64,000 nt of DNA from Octopus vulgaris (Eukaryota), in assembly GCA_951406725.2 (NCBI GenBank), contig OX597820.1:8990001-9054000 (forward strand), written 5' to 3'. Every line of letters begins with the position of its first letter. Position 1 is the first letter of the stretch. The translations under genes and the position numbers were made by a program. This document shows positions 49,311 to 63,259 of this stretch, one piece after another. Below the pieces are notes generated by a model. That model was not told the origin of the DNA and ran no database searches. It worked only from the letters and a program-made list of their open reading frames with translations.

Positions 49311-50356
49311 ATCATCATCATCATCGTTTAACGTCCGCTTTCCATGCTAGCATGGATTGGACGATTTTGACTGAGGGCTGGTGAACCAGATGGGTGCACC
49401 AGGCTCCAATCTTTATCTGGCAGAGTTTCTACACCTTGATGCCCCTCCTAACACCAACCACTCCGAGAGTGTAGTGGGTGTATTTTACGTGCCACCGGCA
49501 CGGGGCCAGTCAGGTGGGACTGGCAACAACGTCGCTCAAATCTTTTACATATGCCACCAGCACAGGTGCCAGTAAGGTGACGCTGGTAATGATCACACTA
49601 GAATGGTGCCTTTTATGTGCCACTGGCACAGAAGCCAGTTAGCTGCTATGGCAACGATCATGCTCAGATGGTGCTTTTGGCACCCTACTAGCACGGGGCA
49701 CAAGTGCCAGTAAGGTGACGCTGGTAATGATCACACTCGAATGGTGCCTTTTACATGCCACCGACATGGAAGCCAGTTAGCTGCTATGGCAACGATCATG
49801 CTCAGATGGTGCTTTTGGCACCCTACTAGCACGGGGCACAAGTGCCAGGAAGGTGACGCTGGTAATGATCACACTCGAATGGTGCCTTTTATGTGCCACT
49901 GGCACGGAAGCCGGTTAGCCGCTCTGTCAACGATAATGCTCAGATGGTGCTTTTGGCACCCTACTAGCACGGGGCACAAGTGCCAGTAAGGTGACGCTGG
50001 TAATGATCACACTCGAATGGTGCCTTTTATGTGCCACTGGCACGGAAGCCGGTTAGCCGCTCTGTCAACGATAATGCTCAGATGGTGCTTTTGGCACCCT
50101 ACTAGCACGGGGCACAAGTGCCAGTAAGGTGACGCTGGTAATGATCACACTCGAATGGTGCCTTTTACATGCCACCGACATGGAAGCCAGTTAGCCGCTC
50201 TGTCAACGATAATGCTCAGATGGTGCTTTTGGCACCCTACTAGCACGGGGCACAAGTGCCAGTAAGGTGACGCTGGTAACAATCACACTCGAATGGTGCC
50301 TTTTATGTGCCACTGGCACGGACGCCAGTCATCGAATTTGATTTTGTTTTTGATTC
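49311..50356 (-). mobile_element. RTE LINE 3' UTR carrying an expanded 138-bp tandem array
   Basis: (CAT)n tail at 49311; ends with the reverse of the UTR start AATCAAAATCAAAT. Confidence 0.87.
49562..50323. repeat. 138-bp tandem repeat, about 5.5 copies
   Basis: AGTAAGGTGACGCTGG recurs at 49571, 49709, 49847, 49985, 50123, 50261 (one mismatch at 49847). Confidence 0.95.
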
Positions 50357-50382
50357 TAATCATTTTCCTTTTTCATTTCCAG

Positions 50383-50503
50383 GAAAGGTGTGATCCAGCC
50401 AGGTTGCTTGGGATCGGATGGAAGACCAACCCCCATATCGCATATCCTGCAACTGACTGAGAATATTAAGATTGCTCCGGAAGCTTCCTCTGATTCTGAT
50501 TGA
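50383..50503 (+). CDS. RIC8: RIC8 exon 15, terminal coding exon (EKGVIQPGCLGSDGRPTPISHILQLTENIKIAPEASSDSD*)
   Basis: tttcatttccag acceptor; phase 2; TGA at 50501-50503. Confidence 0.93.
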
Positions 50504-51221
50504 ACACATTCGATTCTTCTTTACTTTGAAAGGAGACGAAAAAAAGACGAAAATTACAGCAACAACAATACCGACAAAAATAATAATAATAATAATAATG
50601 ATGATGATGATAAAGAAAAGAAAAAAATACACTTTTTTCCACATTTTATTTTTATTTTTGTGAAATGAAAATTGAAGAAAAATATTTATTCGATATTGTA
50701 CGATGAAAACTTCCTACAACTTTTATATGAAGACAAGAAGATGTCAAGCAGAAATACTCACTTAAAAACAAACTACAAACTCCCTATCACAAAAAAACTC
50801 CTGAGGAACAAAATCCCAGAAAAGCAAGCAAAGACCAGAATTAATCCTTGTTTTAGATGAAGAGCCTTCTTTTTTGTCATTTTTCTATTTGTCCTATGCT
50901 CCTGGGCAGTTCCCGAGTGCTTTATTTGTTGTTGTTGCTATTATCATTATTATTATTATTATTATTATTGTCATCATCATTATTATTAAGATGGTGGGCT
51001 GACTGAATTGTTATCGTGTCAGACAAAATTCTTTTGTGACATTTCATCCATTTTTACATTCTGAGTCCAAATACCACCCAGAGTCAACTTCGCCTTTCAT
51101 CTTTCTGAGGTTGGTAAAAATAAGTACCAGTTGAGTACTGGGGGTCGGTGTAATCGACTTTCCCCACTCCCTTAAAAAAATTGCTGGCATTGTGCCAAAA
51201 TTTGAAACCTTCATCATCATC

Positions 51222-51253
<32 letters not shown>

Positions 51254-51879
51254 TATTATTAGTAGTAGTAGCAATATTAGTACTGGTGGTAGTGTTGGTG
51301 AGTGCTTTGAGTAAGAGGTAAACTCTCAGCAACTCAAGACTGTCATACAGTTTCAGGACTTGCTCAAAGGCATGAATGTCACAACATCACATTCCTCTCT
51401 CTCTCTCTCTCTCTTACCTAAAATAAGGGCTTTTATGCCAAGCCCAAAAGCTAAATCTCACTAATATTACTAGTGTCATTTAGATGACTAAAATTTTAGA
51501 CAGATAACTAAGTGCACTGCAGTATTTGGGTATCCTTCTTGATAGTCCTGAACTGAAATCTTCCCACAGTAAGTTCTCCTTCACATAATTATCTCTAGTG
51601 TACAAAGGCTAGTTAAATTAACACTTTTTTTCCTATCCTTCAAGAATTGGCTTTGTACCTGAGTGAAAACTTGGTAGCATTTTTAGGGTGGTAACAAGTC
51701 AGGGGAGTAGAAGAGCATTGGACTAAATGTAGGACAATATTTAGTTTTTAAATTTTTTGAAATTTATTTTAATTTTAAACTCTCAACTGAGTTGGTTTTG
51801 CTTTTCATCCTTCAGGAGCCATGAAAATAAGTAATCAGCTACATACATACACACACACACACACTCACATATATATATA

Positions 51880-52103
51880 CAGGGTTGGTCAGAAGTCTCC
51901 TGAGAGTAAATCAGAATTCCATAGATACTATCTGTAATTCTGTCTTGACTTGAGTGGGAAAATGTGTCCACTTAAGAAGGACCTTCAGTTTTGAACAATT
52001 TTCATGATGTTTCATATTTAGCTTTTTATTAAATTCATTCATAAATAAATTTTGGAGTTAAACGGTTTTGATTCACTGTCAGGTGCACTCTTGGCCAACC
52101 CTG
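51880..52103. mobile_element. Tc1/mariner-type MITE
   Basis: TA|CAGGGTTGGTCA...TGGCCAACCCTG|TA. Confidence 0.8.
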
Positions 52104-52132
52104 TATATATATATATATATATATCATCATCA

Positions 52133-52342
52133 TCATCATCATTTAACGTCCGTTTTCCATGCTAGCATGGGTTGGATGGTTCGACTGGGATCTTGTAAGC
52201 TATGGAGGCTGCACCAGGCTCCAGTCTGATCTGGCAGTGTTTCTACCAGGCTGGAGCCTGGTGCAGCCTCCATAGCTTACAAGATCCCAGTCGAACCATC
52301 CAACCCATGCTAGCATGGAAAACGGACGTTAAATGATGATGA
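52133..52342. repeat. Perfect 92-bp inverted repeat of an RTE tail (26-nt loop)
   Basis: 52133-52224 is the exact reverse complement of 52251-52342. Confidence 0.93.
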
Positions 52343-52499
52343 GATAGAGAGAGAAGAGAGGTTACAGATGAGATCGAGAGAATATCTATATAGAAAACAC
52401 TTTGTAGCACTCAAAAGGTTTGAAGTTACACTCTGAAATTTTTACCGAGGACCAAATCAGCAGAATAAGGATTGGCTAAAAGGGGAATCCAAGTGAGCA

Positions 52500-53309
<810 letters not shown>

Positions 53310-53790
53310 TTTGTTTTTAATAGTGGAGCTTGACTTGATGTAGATAAAGCTATAAATGATAGCAATGTAACTGTTGGGTTTAAAATCCCTTGGATTCTAA
53401 AATTTGAAGGCAGCCTTCAACTTTTTTAACCCAATATTTACTCGCTATCGTTTATAGCTTTATCTACTTTGAGTTCTGCCATTAAAAACGAATTATTTAA
53501 CATTCTCTCAAATTTTCTAAAATTCTTATGATGTAAACTATATATATATATAGAATGTAATTACAGCATTGAAGACACATGGTAACCATTAAAAAAAGAC
53601 AAAAATTTAACTTCACTTAAAACATTTCTAATTTGGTGTCAAAATTTTCATCACACTAATCATAACCTGGTCACTGACATGGATGCTCTGTTTATTAATG
53701 ACTGACATGTGTCTTCCACTCTGTAATTGGTTTAGCTTCAACACATTCAATGCAGGATCTGGGATCAAATCTCTTGCCAGGCAAGTACAT

Positions 53791-53977
<187 letters not shown>

Positions 53978-55430
53978 ATATATATATATATATATGTTGA
54001 TGCAGTTGCCTGTACCTCCTCTTTCCTATTAATTAGCCCTGTGCCTAATTAAGAAAGCAATCATTGTCATCATGGTATGAAAGAAGATAGCTGAGGTAGT
54101 TAAATGTCAGTGTAGACATTACAGTGTTTAGTTTGTGTCCCCTTTTCCGAACCCAACTTATGTGGGCTTTGTCTTTCAATCCTTTGAGGGTTGGTGAAAT
54201 ACATATCTATAACCACTCCCTTACAAACATTGGTGCCTAGTCTGAAACACACATATTATTGTCAGTATGTTAGCAGGAACCCTTGTGTGGTGCTAAGTTT
54301 TTAACAAGTGAAATCAGTTTTGTTTTCATTCTTAGTAGGAGAGATCTTTTAATTCCTTCTACATTATGTATTTTTGGTATGTTATGACTTACAATATCTT
54401 CTTGTCGATATATTTGAGACTTCGTGCCTCTGTAACAAATCATCATCATCATCATCATCATCATAATCATTATTGTAGCAAATAACGAACCTTGTAGACC
54501 TAAAGGTAACCTTCTGATAACCCAACACTTCACATCAGTTTCAATTCCAAATTGAAGAATTTTTCACCTCACTGTGGTATAAATACTGCCAAGAAAAAGA
54601 CAATAATCTACCAAAATCTCACTTCCATCTTCTTCAAATTGTGGCTTTATGCTTAAGTGAGAAATCATAATTGCAGAAAATATGATATTGAACCAAAAGA
54701 ATTCCCAAGAATTTACTGGCTGGTTTTAAATAACCACCCTTGGAGAATCACACACCCTAATTCCACCATTCTTCATTCAATATATGTCTGGGGTATGATA
54801 AATGCATATGTTGAAAAGAAATCATTATTTTGTTCTTTTATGATCAATTTTTGTATCGCTTCATCAACATTGATGTACCACATTAACTTGTAACAGTACA
54901 ATCTAAATATTTGCCTTGCTTATACTCACATTCATTAAACACCATTCCTCTGTATACACACACAGAGCAAAACAATGTAAATATTATTTGTATGTAGAAT
55001 AATTTCTCTAAACCCTAGAAATTGATTTTTTTAAAATTTAACATTTTAATTAATTGTTGATTTGATCAATTGTTACTGGTGTTTTTTTTTTCTCTGTGTT
55101 ATATGCAGTTTTTTATTGTTGTTGCATTTTATTTTTATATCTTTAAAACCCCTTTTGCATTCATATTAGTCTTTCAAATGTAATGCTTATTTATTCACAT
55201 TGTTTTAAATTAATTATACACATTGTGTAACTTTGAGATTTTGATGATGTTACTGTTTACTTTGAGAATAATATAGTACGGTAGATGTAAGAGGCTGAAT
55301 GTAACCAATTTGAACATAAAACGTGTAGGATATTTGGGTCAGATATGGCTGGTTTAAAGAATCAATTACAGCTTTAGGTGTTGTGGGCAAATACAGATTC
55401 ACACATATAAATGCAAATTCACTCATTTAA

Positions 55431-55904
55431 CCCTTTCGTTACCAGCCCGGCTGAAACCAGCTCTAGCTCTGAGTACAAATGTCTTGTTTTCATAAGTTTT
55501 GAATTAAAATCTTCCTCCAAACTTTAGTCACAATTTATGTTCCTAACACTAGCTTAATGATAACTAAGTTATTTTACTAAATTCTTTGTTATATTTAAAA
55601 TCAATTGAAAGAAACACAGAGCATCTCAACAGAAATATGGTAACAAAATGGTTAAAATATATAATAGAGAAACAATTCTTAACCCTTTTGATACCAGCCT
55701 GGTTGAAACTGCCTCTGGCTCTGTAGTACAAATGTCTTGTTTTCATAAGTTTTGAATTAAAATCTTCCACCAAAACCTTAGTCACCATTTATGTTCCTAA
55801 CACTAGCTTAATGATAACTAAGTTATTTTACTAAATTCTTTCTTATATTTAAAGTAATTGAAAGAAACACAGAGCATCTCAACAGAAATGCGGTAACGAA
55901 AGGG
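55431..55904 (+). mobile_element. piggyBac-type MITE family 1, dimer
   Basis: Two units, same 23-bp spacer, TTAA flanks. Confidence 0.88.
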
Positions 55905-56250
55905 TTAAATACATATTCACACTCAGACTTGCAGATGATATTATATATTGGGTTCTCAGATGAATTCATTCATTTTTTTTTTCTACTTGGCTCTCCGTTG
56001 TCATACATGTGAAAAAAAGATGAAGTTTTTTTCAAATTTCAAAAATGATAAACAAAAGAATTAGAGGACGAATAGAGCTACAAAAGCCCATGAAGTACTG
56101 CGATAAAAATATTTTTCATGTAAATTCAAATAACATTGGAAAGGATTAAAATAAATGAATGTAAAACACCCTGAAAAACCCTAAAAGCAAATTTATCTGA
56201 CAGTCCGAAAGTTAACTCTTTCAAGTAATTCCTTTTCAAAGGTGAGTGAG

Positions 56251-56427
56251 AGCGGAGGAGTGGCTGTGTGTTAAGTAGCTTGCTGACCAACCACATGGTT
56301 CCAGGTTCAGTCCCACTGCGTGGCACCTTGATCAAGTGTCTTCTACTATAGCCTCGAGTCAACCAAAGCCTTGTGAGTGGATTTGGTAGACGGAAACTGA
56401 AAGAAACCTGTCGTATATATGTATATA

Positions 56428-56512
<85 letters not shown>

Positions 56513-56706
56513 GTATGTATGTATGTTTGTGTGTCTGTGTTTGTCCCCACAACATCGCTTGACAATCGATGCTGGTGTGTTTACATCCCCGTAACTTAGC
56601 GGTTCGGCAAAAGAGACCGATAGAATAAGTACTAGGCTTACAAAGAATAAGTCCTGGGATCGATTTGCTCGACTAAACTGATTGAAACAAGTAAAAGAGT
56701 AAAAAG
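56251..56706 (+). mobile_element. SINE family A with expanded internal (TA)n
   Basis: Match to family A; explains the 234-aa spurious ORF. Confidence 0.87.
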
Positions 56707-57198
56707 AGAGAGTAAAGAGAGAAAGAGATAGCACTCCTGTGTTGCCACCAATCTGTCTCTCATGAAGCGCTGGGTCCAAAGGGGTATCAGCCAACGAGCT
56801 AAGAGGGCCGTTGTTTGTAGCTGTTAGCAACAGCGACCAACACCCTTAACTTTCAGATTGCCCTTTAAGTAGATACTCTGCGTATGGAATAACGTATTCC
56901 AAGCCATTGCGGTAGGGCAAGGTTGATGAGTGGTTTCAGTGGCTGATAAACACTTGAAGGATGATGAATGCCTCTCTGAGCTGATTTCCTTTAGATACAC
57001 AATTTGAAGACTTAATGGATTATGAGACAACACACACACACACACATGATCAAACAAACAAAAGCCAAAATTAAAGCAGACTAAGATACTAAGGAGTAAA
57101 TTGCTGCACTAGCCACTGTAATATAGCTAGTTCAATTGTCTAGCATTAGTTTTTAATTTTTTAATTACCTATACTCATATACATAAGTGTGTGTGTGT

Positions 57199-57537
57199 AA
57201 GGGTAAAGACCCCCTTCGGTCATGAATGACCATGGGATTGCACCTAGAAAGTTACCCTCCTAGACACAAGTCCGGGCAAGGTTGTTTATGGAAGAGCAGC
57301 AGTCGCCCATGCATACCAGCCTCCCCTCTCCACACCACCAGTGTTATCCAAGGGAAAGACAAAGGTCGATACAGCTTGGCACCAGTGACGTCGCAACTCA
57401 TTTCTACAGCTGAGTGAACTGGAGCAACGTGAAATAAAGTGCTTTGCTCAAGAACACAACACGCAGCCCGGTCCGGGATTCGAGCTCACAACCTCACGAT
57501 CGTAAGCTCGACGCTCTAACCACTGAGCCATGCGCCT
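57199..57537 (-). mobile_element. tRNA-derived SINE family C, young full-length copy
   Basis: Minus strand reads GGCGCATGGCTCAGTGGTTAGAGCG...GAGCTCGAATCCC; CpGs intact. Confidence 0.88.
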
Positions 57538-57638
57538 TATATATATATATATAAAATTTAATAAGGGTAGAAATTGATATTAGTCAATTAAAACCAGTGG
57601 CCCAGCATATTAAAAAGAATCCGAAGATTAAAATATTG

Positions 57639-57687
<49 letters not shown>

Positions 57688-57879
57688 GTGACTGCGTGTG
57701 TACTGTTGGCAATTTGTTTTTCCTCTGTCTTCCCTTCTCTGGATCTTTCCTTCTCCTATGTTTCCGACGAAGAGCTCCGCTTGAAACGTTAAACCCTCCT
57801 TCTTTCCTGAGCATCCAATAATACTATATTTGTTCCACGTCCTCGCGTTCTGTTTTTTTTTGTGCTTTCTTGTTTGTAT

Positions 57880-57939
<60 letters not shown>

Positions 57940-58313
57940 TATACATATATGCACATACACACCATGTGACCTGCCTTGACCAATAGCAGCCCATTCTTCT
58001 AGTAGCCATTTTGGACTTCCTGTATTCCTTCATTCAGTAACCTGAGCCTGAAAGAGCCAGGTTTCTCTTAGCAGCCTGCAAAACTTTAACTCACATGGAG
58101 CCAAATCCAACTGTTCTAAATAATGATAATGATAATAATAACAGCACACATAATATCGGTATTTCATCTGTCTTTATGTTTTGAGTTCTTTAGATTCAGT
58201 CAACTGCTTTTTAAAAGTAGTGTTCTTTTATTAATGCCATGTGTATCCTGGTTTTACAATGGGTGCACTGTGTCCAGATACTTCATAAGAGGCACCTAAA
58301 GACTGGGTGGGCA

Positions 58314-58630
58314 TCTTCATCATCATCATCATCATTGTTTAACGTCCGCTTTTGATGCTGGCATGGGTTGGATGGTTTGACTGAAAACTGTTGAACTGGG
58401 GGGCTGCAGCAGAGTGTAGTGGTTGCTCTTTACGTGCCACCAGCACGGGGGCCAGTCAGGCGGTACTGGCAATGACCTTGCTCGAATCTTTTTACACATG
58501 CCACCGGCACCGGCACAGGTGCCAGTAAGGCGATGTTGGTAACGATCATGCTTAAATGGTGCCCTTTTACATGCCACTGGCACAGAAGCCAAGTTGGCTG
58601 CACTGGCAACGATCACGTTCGGATGGTGCT
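58314..58630 (-). mobile_element. RTE LINE 3' end fragment
   Basis: Matches 49311-49700. Confidence 0.8.
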
Positions 58631-59459
58631 CTCTACTCTCTCAATATAAAGTCACGCTATCACAATTTCATTGATTACCCTAATCATGAATCTACATTAC
58701 CTATCGGGTAGGCAATAACAGAGGTTTGAGAATTTAATCTGGTTGTAAATCAGTACCTCATAAATATCAACTCTAACTTTCCCCAAGCGTGGTAATATTT
58801 TCCCATGATCGGATATTGTTTCTGCAGAATATTAGAGATGTATGGCACTGCTTGTATGACAGCAACACTCATTTACAGCAATCAGATAATGTCAAGACAA
58901 GGAGACAAAAACATATACACACATATATATATATATACATACAATGGGATTCTTTTAGTTTCCATCTACTAAAGCTACTCACAGGGCTTTAGTTGGCCTG
59001 AACACTACAGTAAATGACATTTACCTAAGGTGCCATGCAGTAGAACTGAAGTCAAAACCATACGGTTGAGACGTGACAGTAAAATCCTGAATCAAAGAAA
59101 TCTCTGTCTATACTCATGGTCAAAAAATATGCTAAACAAAGGAAAGCAAATATGAGGGCTTACCACTAATGGTTCCATGCTTTTCCAGAGGGCAATGCCT
59201 TTAATCTCATCATATCTGTTTTCTATCAACATAGAATTTATGCCATTTCTTGTGCCTGTTTGTCAAGTGTGTATTTATATTTACGGTTTTGAGCAATAAA
59301 TATCCCAAGTACATTAAGTTTCATAACCTTCCTGACCCCTTATGGATGAAGTAATTTTAGTGAAGGTCATTACACCCACCTTTTTAATTGTTTAATTGTT
59401 TGTAAAAATCGTGGTCATAATTTTGTATCAATTTTCATTTACATGAAGCTTTTAAGCTT

Positions 59460-59675
59460 TTGGTCCTCTTGTACTGCTCACCCCATTGGACAGCAAGCTT
59501 CCTAAACTGTGTCCGGTCAGTTGCTGCTCTTGCATATCCATTCCATGTAACGTTGACCGCCTTCAGGTCATCTTGAAATGTCCACCACTAGGTGATCTTC
59601 AGCCGGCTTCTTTTACGTCTGCTATCAGGTGGTACACGAATCGTGGCTGTTTTTGAGTATTTTTGATTGGTCAGA
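59460..59675 (-). mobile_element. Decayed RTE-like C-terminal fragment, third family
   Basis: Minus frame VPPDSRRKRSRLKIT*WWTFQDDLKAVNVTW...ATDRTQFRKL. Confidence 0.65.
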
Positions 59676-59846
59676 GAAAGACTGTAGCTTAAGACAAACA
59701 ATTTTAAAAAAATTTTTTTTTGTAGCCAATGTGATTGGCTCAAACATTAATTAATGTATCTATAGAATTAACTTCAATTACATTGGTAATTAATTGTCTG
59801 TAAAAATGCATGAACAATTTATGTATTTCATATTCATCCTGACACT

Positions 59847-60512
59847 ATCATCATCATCATCATTTAAAGTCTGTTTTCTATTTGGCATGGGTTGGACGGT
59901 TCAACTAGGGTCTGGGAAGCCAGGAGGCTGCACCAAGCTCCAGTCTGATCTGACAGTGTTTCTACAGCTGGATGCCCTTCCTAACGCCAACCACTCTGAG
60001 AGTGTAGTAGGTGCTTTTTACATGCCACCGGCACAGGGGCCAGAGGAAGCTGGCAACGGCCATGATCGGTTGGTGCTTTTTATGTGCCACCAGCATGAAA
60101 GCCAGTCAAGACAATGCTGGCATTGGCCCTGTTCGGATGGTGCTTTTTACGTGCCACTGGCACGGGGATCACAACTACAATTTCCATTTGATTTTGATGT
60201 ATTTGACTCAATAGGTCTCCACAAGTACGGCATGTCACCCTACGATCCAAGGTACTTTTGAGTGGGCTGGTTATGCGACACTGGTGTTGGTTACAGCTGT
60301 GAACTCACTTTATTTCTCAGTCACAGCAAATCTCCAGAGGTCTCGGTCTTTTGTCATTGCTTCTGTGTGGCCCAACATTCGAAGGTCATGCTTCATCACC
60401 TCATCCCATGTCTTCCTGGGTCTCCCTCTACCCCGGATTCCTTCCACTGTTTGGGAGTGGCACTTCTTCACACAGCTCTCCTCATTCCTCATCCATCCGT
60501 AGTACATGACCA
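59847..60512 (-). mobile_element. RTE LINE 3' end including the ORF C-terminus
   Basis: ORF 60310-60564 GRGRPRKTWDEVMKHDLR matches 30180-30314. Confidence 0.88.
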
Positions 60513-62262
60513 CACCACGGATGTATGATGTAATTATTCTCATAATCTCAACTCGTTGAACCAATATTCCACCAAATTCATTCTGTCAGTCTGTGGCAGA
60601 GGAGATTTATGGTCTTTTGTTAGAATTATTGTAGAATTATTTTGTACAGAATATGGTTACTTCTGATCATTATATGAAGAACCTTTTCCTGCTTTGTATC
60701 AAGTTCCTGATTCATATCACACTTCACTATTACCAACATTCTTTCAATTACAGGAACTATTCTTGTGTCCATGCTGTAAATTTTTTCCTGTCCTTCATTC
60801 TACAGGAGGACTACAGCTGCTTTAAATATATCTCACCGTGACAATATGTATACGTCATGTGATTGACCAGATTCTCAGATGTCGTTATACATCGCTGGTC
60901 ACAATGCACTTTGCATCATTTTAGCTTTTGAATGATGCCACTTCACTGGCTGGGCAAGCAGGCCAATATTTCCCCTGATCAGAAGGCTAGTCCATTATAG
61001 GTTGTACCCATTTACAGCTGAGTGGACTGGAGAAGCGTGAAGTGAAGTGTTTTGCTCAAGAATATAATGCATCGCTTAGTCCAAGGACTGAAACCACAAT
61101 CTAGCAATTGTGAGTGCAACTCCTAACCATTAGGTCATGCATCTTCACACACACACTCATCATCATCATTTAGTGTTCCCTTTACTATGCTGGTATGGGT
61201 TGGTTGGTTCAACAAGAACTGATGAGCCAGAGGACTGCTCCAAATGGCAATGTCTGTTTTGGCATAGTTTCTATAGCTGGATGCCCTTCTCAATGCTAAC
61301 CACTTTACAAAGTGTATTGGGTGCATTTTATGTGACAGCAGCACTAGTGAGGTCACTAAGTACTCACAAGACAAGAACCCCGCTCAACTGAATGAGGGTA
61401 TAGTATTGAAGGATGTAAAAGTACAAGAAAGGGACAGGAACAGGTGTCTTGCTGACATGGCTAACATATGGCTTCCACATCTGATGATGATGAAGGTGTA
61501 CTCTCTAAGTACAAGGTGAAAATGGGAGAGGGGGAATAGGATAGAGGAACAGAAATGGTGGGTGGGTGGGTAGTTCATTTGAGTGTGAAAAGAATGTGGC
61601 AGTGAGAGTGATAGGGAGATAATGCATTTTGCTTCACATTTTTTAATTAGATCAAAAATTCTAAGATTTGTAGATAGATGTCACCAGCCACATATTTGCA
61701 GTCCTTCATGTTTACATGAAAAAAAGATATGTTGCTGGAAGAAGCCATTAAAACCCAGAAAACTAAATGATAAATTGCCACATGTGCAACTACATAAGAA
61801 ATGCATGCACACATGTATACATGTACACAGATGCACCCTTCACGTTTGTATATACACACATGCACAAACACATGCTCACATGCACCTACACATGCACACA
61901 AATACATGTAAGTTTCACTTCATCCAATTTATTTCCAATTCAAGTCTTTTAACTTGCTTCCATCCTCGTTCAACAATCTGTATTTTTTACTTTCTTGCTC
62001 CGATCGCTGTCTTACGCCTCAAGATAAAAGTGTGAAAATGAAACCCCTTTTCTTGGATCTCCTGTTACTCTCACTGCAGCAGTTGTTCCCTTCTCCTTTC
62101 CAGCAGGAGTTCATATATTTTAGTTTTATTTCCTCCCTCATTGTATGTATGAAGAAATCAAACAATTACAAAAGGTTCTGTCAATGCTTTGTTTTAAAAA
62201 AAAAAGCTGAGGAAATTAACTTTTACAGACCCTTTTTTTACCCTTGTCTACCCACTCATTAA

Positions 62263-62468
62263 CCCTTTCATTACCAACCCGGCTGAAACCAGCTCTGGCT
62301 CTGAGTACAAATGTCTTGTTTTCATAAGTTTTCAATTAAAATCTTCCACCAAACTGTTCCTAACACTAGCTAAATGATAACTAAGTTATTTTACTAAATT
62401 CTTTGTTATATTTAACATTAATTGAAAGAATCACAGAACATCTCAACAGAAATATAGAAACAAGAGGG
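62263..62468 (+). mobile_element. piggyBac-type MITE, family 1 monomer
   Basis: TTAA|CCCTTTC...GAGGG|TTAA. Confidence 0.82.
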
Positions 62469-62972
62469 TTAACTAGGTTTTATAGAATTGACATCACAGT
62501 TTCAGTTCATTTATCCCTCTTTCTTTCACATTCTGATGTTACACTCAATTTCTTTTCAATCTGTATCCTCTTCTATTCCAATGCATTCCATTTCTCTGTA
62601 GTCTTTTATTGCTGTTATTAATTTATATCCTGTCCCACGGCACTGGTTTATTGTCCTGAAAAAATTTGTTTTTAATTTTGGCAACTCACATATATGTCTG
62701 GCTCTCAACTAACAGTGGAATCGTAAGGACACTGTGGTCAAAAACTGCATGCCAGTTTCCTCCATCAGCATGGCATAATGGTTTGGGTACTGCACTAATG
62801 ATTGCCAGATTGCAGTTTTGACCCCTGGACGAAGCAGTGCATTGCATTTTTAAGCAGAACACTTCATTCCACATTGCTGCTGTCTACTTGGCTGTAAATC
62901 AGTCACTCTGCAATGGACCAGTATCCCATTCGAGGGAAATGTTGTGATTTCATTGACTTATACACAATGAGT

Positions 62973-63259
62973 GGAGGTACATGGCCTAGTGGTTAGAGCA
63001 GCAGACTCGCGGTCGAGGGATCGTGAGTTCGACTCTCAGACCGGGCGAAACACCTAAGCTCCACACGGCTCCGGCAGAAGGTAATAGCGAACTTCTGCTG
63101 ACTCTTTCGCCACAACTTTCTCTCACTCTTTCCTCCTGCATCTTGCAGCTCACCTGTGACAGACCAGCGTCCCATCCAGGTGGGGAACCTATACGCCAAG
63201 GAAACCAGGAAACCGGCCCTTATGAGCCAGGAATGGCTCGAGAAGGAACAAACAACAAC
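62973..63259 (+). mobile_element. tRNA-derived SINE family D
   Basis: TGGCCTAGTGG A-box, GAGTTCGACTC B-box, non-tRNA body, (AAC)n tail. Confidence 0.78.

Larger units (their letters stand above)
11574..50503 (+). other. RIC8: RIC8/synembryn gene span (15 coding exons, 580 aa), G-alpha GEF/chaperone
   Basis: Exons splice in frame (111+48+220+70+76+53+181+95+250+99+65+83+151+120+121=1743 nt). The protein has Ric-8 hallmark motifs: IRIFSRD, KCLCNI, FDMRLLFLL, EVLKILFNLT, VLPP, KYTGYGNxAGLLA, NPVTGR, EEQKEYEAMK, GVIQP, acidic SSDSD C-terminus. Confidence 0.96.

Noticed and set aside
49562-50323. CRISPR array or repeat-protein ORF (49741-49989)
   Set aside because: Whole 138-bp units repeat, and they derive from a LINE 3' UTR.
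56126-56830. 234-aa ORF and other YIYI/LSLS/IYLS ORFs (e.g. 11828-12543, 53100-54000)
   Set aside because: These are translations of microsatellites and SINEs.
57460-57537. tRNA genes (also 62973-63050, 4555-4625, 16770-16845)
   Set aside because: The A/B boxes run into SINE bodies, with no proper acceptor stem or oligo-T terminator.
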